From a virus, in the IMG/VR virus record IMGVR_UViG_3300045988_034311, positions 1 through 28,411 of that record: DNA of 28,411 nucleotides, one strand, 5' to 3'. The notes under the pieces were generated by a model. It did not search any database. It had not been told where the DNA came from and worked only from the letters and a program-made list of their open reading frames with translations. Position numbers and translations under genes: made by a program. Shown one piece after another: positions 23,648 to 28,411 of the stretch (position 1 is its first letter; each line of letters starts with the position of its first letter).

Positions 23648-23650
23648 ATG

Positions 23651-23980
23651 TCAATTACTCAGCAAGTATTCTCGGTTCCGGTATTCGCTGAGTACGGGAA
23701 CGGTTTCGGGGTGATCGTTGTACGCGCTGACCAGCCAGCCGTTCTCATACGATTCCTTGGGATGCTGGTGGATACGCCCGTGGCATCCCATTGTTCCCGA
23801 ACCGCAGACGGTAATAAGATTGCTGGGTAGGTTCAACCCGTCCCAAGCGTGGGAGCGCATACGCCTGTGGTGCAGGTTGAACGCGGAGGCGCTTAACGTT
23901 TTCCCGCAGATGAAACATCTGCCGTGGTCACGGTGGAATACCTTTATACGGGTTTCGGTATCCGGGTCTGTTTTGCTCAT
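23651..23980 (-). CDS. HNH endonuclease
   Basis: RCFICGK...LHHRRMRS...NLITVCGSGTMGCHGRIH carries the HNH and zinc-ligand pattern. 109 aa. Confidence 0.8.
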   Translation of the reverse strand: MSKTDPDTETRIKVFHRDHGRCFICGKTLSASAFNLHHRRMRSHAWDGLNLPSNLITVCGSGTMGCHGRIHQHPKESYENGWLVSAYNDHPETVPVLSEYRNREYLLSN

Positions 23981-24264
23981 TCGGATACTCCTTCGCAGTG
24001 GAAGAAGTACATGGTTATTGGGGCGACTACTTTGAAGAAATATTGCCTATCGGTGTCTGTCTTGCATTCATGAATGGCCGTGAGCTTAACGCCTTCAACG
24101 CTGCCCAGAACGTCGTAGAGTTTGAGGAACGCTTTGGCGTCTTCAATCCCGATCTGGCCGAACGTGAGTTCCTGTCCGAGTCCTTGGGTGTCGATGATTT
24201 CCTGTGCTTGCGGGGCCTTCTGCAAGAGGTTGATGATTGAGGTCAGATAGTTGATGGTGTTCAT
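23977..24264 (-). CDS. Hypothetical protein
   Basis: RBS AAAGGAG before the ATG. 95 aa. ATGA overlap with the HNH gene. Confidence 0.55.
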   Translation of the reverse strand: MNTINYLTSIINLLQKAPQAQEIIDTQGLGQELTFGQIGIEDAKAFLKLYDVLGSVEGVKLTAIHECKTDTDRQYFFKVVAPITMYFFHCEGVSE

Positions 24265-24320
24265 TGTTGCTCCTTTGGTGTGATGATTAATCTAATGGTG
24301 CAATTTTTTTAGACTATGTT

Positions 24321-24650
24321 CTAGTCTTTGGTCAGGATGTCATAGCCTAGGTGTTCGGCTAGTCGCATCCGGTATTGTTTTTGTGGTTTGCGGCGTCCGG
24401 TTTCCCACATGGCTACCACGTTTGGGCCTGCGACGCCGATTCGTTCGGCTAGTTCCGCTTGTGAGTACCCGTGGCGTAGCCGCCAGTATTTGATGCACTG
24501 GCCGATGGTCACCCTGTCGCTGATGTTCGCGTAGTCAATGGGAATGTTGCCGACGGTTTGCCGTGTGAAGAACTGGCCGGTCTGACTGTCCTGTTCCACT
24601 GTGACTTCTTGACCGTTGATTACGGTTTTGATCTTGTTTTGCTTACGCAT
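24321..24650 (-). CDS. XRE-family HTH transcriptional regulator (Cro/CI-type) with a ~50-aa N-terminal extension
   Basis: IKYWRLRHGYSQAELAERIGVAGPNVVAMWETGRRKP is a classic HTH_3 motif. RBS GGGAGG. It is preceded by the best copy of the promoter/palindrome motif. Confidence 0.8.
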   Translation of the reverse strand: MRKQNKIKTVINGQEVTVEQDSQTGQFFTRQTVGNIPIDYANISDRVTIGQCIKYWRLRHGYSQAELAERIGVAGPNVVAMWETGRRKPQKQYRMRLAEHLGYDILTKD

Positions 24651-24665
24651 GTTTCACCTCCCTAC

Positions 24666-24708
24666 AATGTGATATATATATTATATCACATTGTTTGTGT
24701 TTCGCCAA
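24666..24708 (-). promoter_or_regulatory. Leftward promoter with a 27-bp palindrome (aatgtgatata-tatat-tatatcacatt)
   Basis: Minus strand reads TTGGCG (24708..24703), a 17-nt spacer, TG-A-TATAAT (24688..24680), then ATATATATCA. The perfect 11-bp inverted arms are 24666..24676 and 24682..24692. Confidence 0.55.
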
Positions 24709-24964
24709 ACAGTTCACTAATGGCTTCGCGCCCGTCGTCGGTCAGAGCGAACCGCCAGCAATGGCGATGCCGACTGTTCACACCCTCCCTATCGACACGG
24801 TACACATGACCGGAACGCTCAAGTTCGATCATGCGCGACCTCAATCCCTGCGGAGTATCGTCATACTTCGCCAAGACCGCCATGCGTTCGATTTCCTCGT
24901 GGGTAAGCGGACGTTTCGCCATCCAAAGAATCAACAGCACATGAACCTGTTGCAGGCCGAACAT
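24686..24964 (-). CDS. Small winged-helix DNA-binding protein (PadR/MarR-like fold, tentative)
   Basis: VHVLLILWMAKRPLTHEEIERMA...GLRSRMIELERSGHVYRV resembles a wHTH recognition helix plus wing. TAATG coupling to the upstream gene. Confidence 0.5.
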   Translation of the reverse strand: MFGLQQVHVLLILWMAKRPLTHEEIERMAVLAKYDDTPQGLRSRMIELERSGHVYRVDREGVNSRHRHCWRFALTDDGREAISELFGETQTM

Positions 24965-25329
24965 TACGCCACCGTCGTTTCAGCTGAATGGCGGAGGAAC
25001 GCGGCCACTCCAGCGGCTACGATCCATCCGGCCACCCACTTGACTCCGAACCGTACCCGGTTGATCTTGGCTGCCATCGCCCACACCGGGAGCGACACCC
25101 ACGGGCTAAGACACCAACCGCAATAGGCGAGTTCCCCGAGACTATCCGCGTAATCCTTGGCCCACGTGGGGAGAGAATCGGGCAGGTTCTCGGTCTTTAT
25201 GGTCAGCTTGCGGCGGAGCGAGGAAAACACGTAGCCGGGGCCTGGGGAGAGTTGCACCACGGTGGTGGCGTATCCCGCTGTGATTCCGGCGGAAAGCACG
25301 GCTGTCCACCAGTTCGGTTCAGTCTTCAT
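24964..25329 (-). CDS. Integral membrane protein with a CGWC motif (DUF1360-like, tentative)
   Basis: ATG 25329 is preceded by AAGGAAG. The hydrophobic segments are WWTAVLSAGITAGYA, LAYCGWCLSPWVSLPVWAMA and WVAGWIVAAGVAAFL. The longer ORF-track start (25632) lies in an out-of-frame overlap with the previous gene. Confidence 0.5.
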   Translation of the reverse strand: MKTEPNWWTAVLSAGITAGYATTVVQLSPGPGYVFSSLRRKLTIKTENLPDSLPTWAKDYADSLGELAYCGWCLSPWVSLPVWAMAAKINRVRFGVKWVAGWIVAAGVAAFLRHSAETTVA

Positions 25330-25657
25330 TGGTCTTCCTTTCATTGTGGCGACGCCAGCAGTGATAACGCTTGTCGTAATCCGCGTACAGGTCCTCATAC
25401 AGGCTCTTCGCTTCCTTGGTGGCTTCATCATGGGTGAACCCGTGGTGTTCCAAGGCGTATTGAGCGGCACCGACCCAGATCGAGCGCCGAACGTGCTGAT
25501 ACCAGCGGTCGAACAGCTTGCCGCACACTTTGTCGTGCTTGTTGTCTCCGAGGAAGTCGGCCACGCTCTCCACCACGAACTTACGCAGCGTGTTAACGGT
25601 GATACGGTTACGATCGAACAGCTCCAGCACATCGCTGGTGAGGGTATCAGGCTTCAT
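25319..25657 (-). CDS. Hypothetical protein
   Basis: ATG 25657 is preceded by AAGGAGGAAA. 112 aa. It overlaps both flanking genes by 11 nt. Confidence 0.55.
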   Translation of the reverse strand: MKPDTLTSDVLELFDRNRITVNTLRKFVVESVADFLGDNKHDKVCGKLFDRWYQHVRRSIWVGAAQYALEHHGFTHDEATKEAKSLYEDLYADYDKRYHCWRRHNERKTNED

Positions 25658-25970
25658 CGGTTTCCTCCTTTTCTTCGGTTTCGTCATCGTCCACCAGATA
25701 ATCGTCAAGGCTGATGTCTTGCGGCTCGAAGTAGATCAACCCGTCCAGCAAGATCATCGGATAACGCACGATTACGCCTTGGTCTTTGGCGATGGCGCGT
25801 ATCGCCCTGGCGGTAGGGCTGCCCGACGATACGATGCGGAGCCTACGGCCCATCTGCTGTGCATACACGTGGCACGTGCTCAGATAAGCGGCGTCCTTCC
25901 GGTTGCACGTGGGACATCCGTCGAACAGGGCGAACATGTCAGGGCTTTCAAGAATCGTTGCAGACTTCAT
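25647..25970 (-). CDS. Thioredoxin-fold (glutaredoxin/NrdH-like) protein with a CPTC motif and an acidic C-terminal tail
   Basis: FALFDGCPTCNRK is followed about 50 aa later by VRYPMILLDG (a cis-Pro-like position). The tail is DDYLVDDDETEEKEETDEA. TGATG-type overlap with the exonuclease gene. Confidence 0.4.
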   Translation of the reverse strand: MKSATILESPDMFALFDGCPTCNRKDAAYLSTCHVYAQQMGRRLRIVSSGSPTARAIRAIAKDQGVIVRYPMILLDGLIYFEPQDISLDDYLVDDDETEEKEETDEA

Positions 25971-26878
25971 CAGAACGTCACCCCCAGAGCGTCGGCCAGC
26001 ACATCGGATATATGGAGCGTGGCCAACTGGCTACGCTTATGGTTCTCAATCTGTTCGGTGACGTCCTTGCGGTACACGGGAATGACCTGATGGTGTGCGG
26101 CTCCTACCACGCGCGGGTCGAACATCGAGAAAAACAGGACTTCCAGCGAATCGCATACGACGAAGTATTGGAGCACCTGCGCCTTGTATTGGTCGGGGAT
26201 GAAGTCGAAGCCGGTCGCCTTGCCGTCCAGCGTGTACTCGGGCAACACCTGTTCGATGACGTCCACCAGTTCAGGTTTCAGGTTGGCGATATGGGATCGC
26301 ATGGCGTCCGTGTGCATCATCCACGGCACCACGGTCTGCAAGTGGTATGCGGAGCCGAGCGACTTGCATTCGATGGCCCACGTCGGCTTCTCGCTGTTCT
26401 CGTAGGCGTCGGGACTGCACGCGATACGGTCATCATCGTCACTCTCCCAGATGCCGCAGTCGGCTACGCAATCGCCGGGGTCGAAGCCAAGCATGTTAAG
26501 AGTGAGCTGGATGTTCTCGGGTTCGAGACGGTGGCCGCGTTCCATCGGCGGTTCACCGTCCGCTGGTTCGGCCCACAGTTCGGCGAGGAACTTCCAGAAG
26601 TCCACGCCGACCTTCAGCCGCTTGTTTTTCGCTTCGGCGTCCACGATCTTCTCGTCGTAGTTCTGAGCCTTCGCGTAATACTCGTTGGCCTTGTCAGGCG
26701 TCTTCGCCTTCTTGGCCTGTTCCAACGCTTTGTCTCGGTACTCCACGAGTCTTTCCACGTCGGTCTGGGTGTAGTGTTCCAATGCGAGTCCGCCGCTTTT
26801 GGTGCCGGTGATACGGCCCATGCGTTCGTCGAGCCATGCTTCGGTTTCGGTGGCTTGCGATACATTGATGATCTTCAT
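25970..26878 (-). CDS. YqaJ-like PD-(D/E)XK recombination exonuclease
   Basis: ATG 26878 is preceded by AAAAGGA. EAWLDERMGRITGTKSGG...ACSPDAY...WAIECKSL...IPDQYKAQVLQYFVV matches YqaJ/lambda-Exo-like motifs. It partners the ERF gene. Confidence 0.8.
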   Translation of the reverse strand: MKIINVSQATETEAWLDERMGRITGTKSGGLALEHYTQTDVERLVEYRDKALEQAKKAKTPDKANEYYAKAQNYDEKIVDAEAKNKRLKVGVDFWKFLAELWAEPADGEPPMERGHRLEPENIQLTLNMLGFDPGDCVADCGIWESDDDDRIACSPDAYENSEKPTWAIECKSLGSAYHLQTVVPWMMHTDAMRSHIANLKPELVDVIEQVLPEYTLDGKATGFDFIPDQYKAQVLQYFVVCDSLEVLFFSMFDPRVVGAAHHQVIPVYRKDVTEQIENHKRSQLATLHISDVLADALGVTF

Positions 26879-26900
26879 TGTGGTTGTCCTTTTGGTGTGG

Positions 26901-26928
26901 GTTGGGCGGGTGACGAGTCCCGCCCAAC
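26901..26928 (-). promoter_or_regulatory. Perfect 10-bp GC-rich hairpin just upstream of the exonuclease RBS
   Basis: gttgggcggg (26901..26910) pairs with cccgcccaac (26919..26928) around an 8-nt loop. Confidence 0.35.
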
Positions 26929-26999
26929 CGAATGCCACGACAGAATTTGTGTATGTAAACGCCGTGGCGGATTTGTTGTTTGTCGATATTCAGTTATGG

Positions 27000-27085
27000 T
27001 TCCCTCCAGTCGACATGGTGAACGTGGATGTCCGCGAAAAACATCCCAATGGTTTGTTTTTTGTTGGACTGTCGGCTGGAGGGAA
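27000..27085. other. Long-range 15-bp inverted repeat enclosing a 56-nt segment in a 212-bp non-coding gap
   Basis: ttccctccagtcgac (27000..27014) pairs with gtcggctggagggaa (27071..27085) with one mismatch. An inner hairpin ggatgt/acatcc is also present. Confidence 0.35.
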
Positions 27086-27090
27086 GTCTT

Positions 27091-27315
27091 TTAGTCGCGT
27101 GGGGCGAACCGCACGATCAGCCATAGGCCGGTCAACAGGTAGATGACGCTCACAAGGACGGTGGCCGTCTGCGAGTCCGCCGTCCGCCACGTGAACAGCA
27201 GGGTCATGCTGCTCACGAATCCGATGATGGCGAGCATGGTCTTGATGAGGCGGAGCGTGTAGTTCGGCTTCCTGACTTCGTGGTTGCTGTCGTGGTTGTT
27301 CTTCTGTTGATTCAT
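27091..27315 (-). CDS. Small membrane protein (two TM segments)
   Basis: 74 aa. The helices are MLAIIGFVSSMTLLFTW and ATVLVSVIYLLTGLWLIV. RBS GGAGGA before the ATG. Confidence 0.55.
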   Translation of the reverse strand: MNQQKNNHDSNHEVRKPNYTLRLIKTMLAIIGFVSSMTLLFTWRTADSQTATVLVSVIYLLTGLWLIVRFAPRD

Positions 27316-27335
27316 TTCATATCCTCCAGTTCATT

Positions 27336-27929
27336 TCACATTCGGTTGATGGCGTTCATCAGATTCCGGAAATCGGTTTGGGTGAGTACACGCCATCCCT
27401 TGACCTGACGGTTCAGAGTGCCGTTGATGAACTCTCCGCGCGCTTCGGACGGGATGTTGTGGACGTCCATCGCCTTGACTAGCTCGGCGTACTGTTCGGC
27501 GCTGATGGTACGGTCGGCAGTATCGTAACGCTGTTTCGCATACGCGCCGTCGTCGTCCTTGTCTGGGAAGATGCCCAACACCGCGTAGAGACTGTAGCGG
27601 CGGGCGTAGGTGATCGCGCTGCCGACCTGCTGGGGGTCGCCGGTCACGAAGAACGGGTAGGAGCAGGCCACCATCTGTTCTTCATCGTCGAATATGATGG
27701 TTTCTACTGTTCCGATGACCTGCCGCGCTTCTCCCGTGTTGTCGAATGTGACGCGCTGGCTGAATGCCAGCCCGTGCTTCTCGAAAACGGGTTTGATGGT
27801 TTTGAGGATGGTTGCGAGGTTGAGGTACTTGTAAGTCCGGTTGCCTGCCTGTGCGGTTTCGTCGGTCACGAAGTTGGGGACTTCGTTGAGGACTTTCATG
27901 AACTTGTTGCTTAGGTTGTTGGTTGCCAT
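27336..27929 (-). CDS. erf: ERF-family single-strand annealing protein
   Basis: YKYLNLATILKTIKPVFEKHGL...GSAITYARRYSLYAVLGI is the ERF signature. 197 aa. RBS AAAGGAA. Confidence 0.85.
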   Translation of the reverse strand: MATNNLSNKFMKVLNEVPNFVTDETAQAGNRTYKYLNLATILKTIKPVFEKHGLAFSQRVTFDNTGEARQVIGTVETIIFDDEEQMVACSYPFFVTGDPQQVGSAITYARRYSLYAVLGIFPDKDDDGAYAKQRYDTADRTISAEQYAELVKAMDVHNIPSEARGEFINGTLNRQVKGWRVLTQTDFRNLMNAINRM

Positions 27930-27955
27930 CTCAATGTTCCTTTCTGATAGTGTGA

Positions 27956-27996
27956 TGATATATAAAGTATATCACATGTTGTGTGTGATATTACAA
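27956..27996 (-). promoter_or_regulatory. Leftward promoter upstream of erf, member of the conserved family
   Basis: Minus strand reads TTGTAA (27996..27991), a 19-nt spacer, TG-A-TATACT (27974..27966), then TTATATATCA. Extra TGTGAT half-sites lie at 27951..27956 and 27984..27989. Confidence 0.45.
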
Positions 27997-28059
27997 ACTG
28001 ATGCCTGTATTTTTTCATCATTGCTGGGGGTGGGGCGGCCGCGACAATCTAGGCAGCCT

Positions 28060-28362
28060 TCACGCCTCGCTTTTACGGACGATACGGAACTGCCTTGCAT
28101 AATCCACAAGGCCCTTGCCGTGACATTGGAGTTGCAATGCTAAAAAGCGTTGCGCGCCCTTAAGAGTCTTCCAGCTCTTGCCATAGGCAAACCATGCTGG
28201 CCACCACGTCGCGGCCGGTGGAAACGGATCATCATACGAATCCGCCGTGGTGTATCCCTCGATGTCGTATTCCACGCCCTCGATTCCCGCACACTTTTTT
28301 GTGATGACCGGTACTGCTTCGGCTGCCTTGAGAGCAGTGTCATAGTATTGTGTTTTACGCAT
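28060..28362 (-). CDS. Hypothetical protein (Trp-rich, 100 aa)
   Basis: RBS GAGGAG before ATG 28362. It is the first gene downstream of the 113..151 promoter across the circular junction. Its 5' 70 nt are duplicated at 1..70. Confidence 0.55.
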   Translation of the reverse strand: MRKTQYYDTALKAAEAVPVITKKCAGIEGVEYDIEGYTTADSYDDPFPPAATWWPAWFAYGKSWKTLKGAQRFLALQLQCHGKGLVDYARQFRIVRKSEA

Positions 28363-28411
28363 TTCGATACTCCTCGTTTATGGTATAAGATCAAGCCGTT
28401 TGCTTGATATA

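Noticed and set aside
25859-27094. 411-aa plus-strand ORF opposite the exonuclease gene
   Set aside because: The minus strand encodes clear YqaJ motifs with a good RBS. The plus-strand translation is a biased, repetitive Arg/Val/Gly/His-rich sequence that also spans an intergenic gap.
28035-28042. The gcggccgc palindrome and nearby weak hairpins downstream of gene 28060..28362 as a terminator
   Set aside because: The stems are only 4-5 bp with long loops and there is no convincing U-tract. The evidence is insufficient.

Overview
The window is a complete genome of about 28.3 kb from a small siphovirus-type dsDNA phage. The first 119 bp are repeated exactly at the end, so the unit length is 28,292 bp. 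The GC-rich coding sequence, AGGAGG-type ribosome-binding sites (RBS) and a GH25+LysM endolysin suggest a high-GC Gram-positive (Actinomycetota-like) host, but that is inference only. Two divergent transcription units start at a compact control region at 1011..1180. The rightward unit (1181 to 23495, + strand) runs in this order: small HTH proteins, SSB, DUF3310, an AT-richer accessory patch, RusA, TerS, a truncated ParB-like remnant, TerL, a portal-MuF fusion, a Com-like zinc-ribbon mini-gene, a protease-scaffold-capsid fusion, head-tail joining genes, major tail protein, chaperones, tape measure, Dit, Tal-like protein, fibres, the lysis cassette, and a disrupted fibre-like gene. The leftward unit (1010 to 144, continuing across the circular junction from 28362 to 23651, - strand) encodes an initiator-like wHTH protein with iterons inside its own gene, an ERF annealase, a YqaJ exonuclease, several small unknown proteins, two regulators and an HNH nuclease. 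I recognised no integrase, helicase, primase, polymerase, tRNA, CRISPR array or reverse transcriptase. Five points stand out. (1) Back-to-back promoters share one palindromic -35 hexamer, with a perfect 14-bp palindrome in one spacer. (2) Four leftward promoters share a conserved extended -10 plus an ATATATATCA block. (3) An iteron origin lies inside the initiator gene. (4) A BppU-N / Ala-Ser coiled-coil / CBM5_12-like gene after the holin is broken by an in-frame TAG, an in-frame TAA and a +1 shift at a G4 run. (5) Several structural genes are fused. All functional calls come from reading motifs in the translations by eye; no database search was run.
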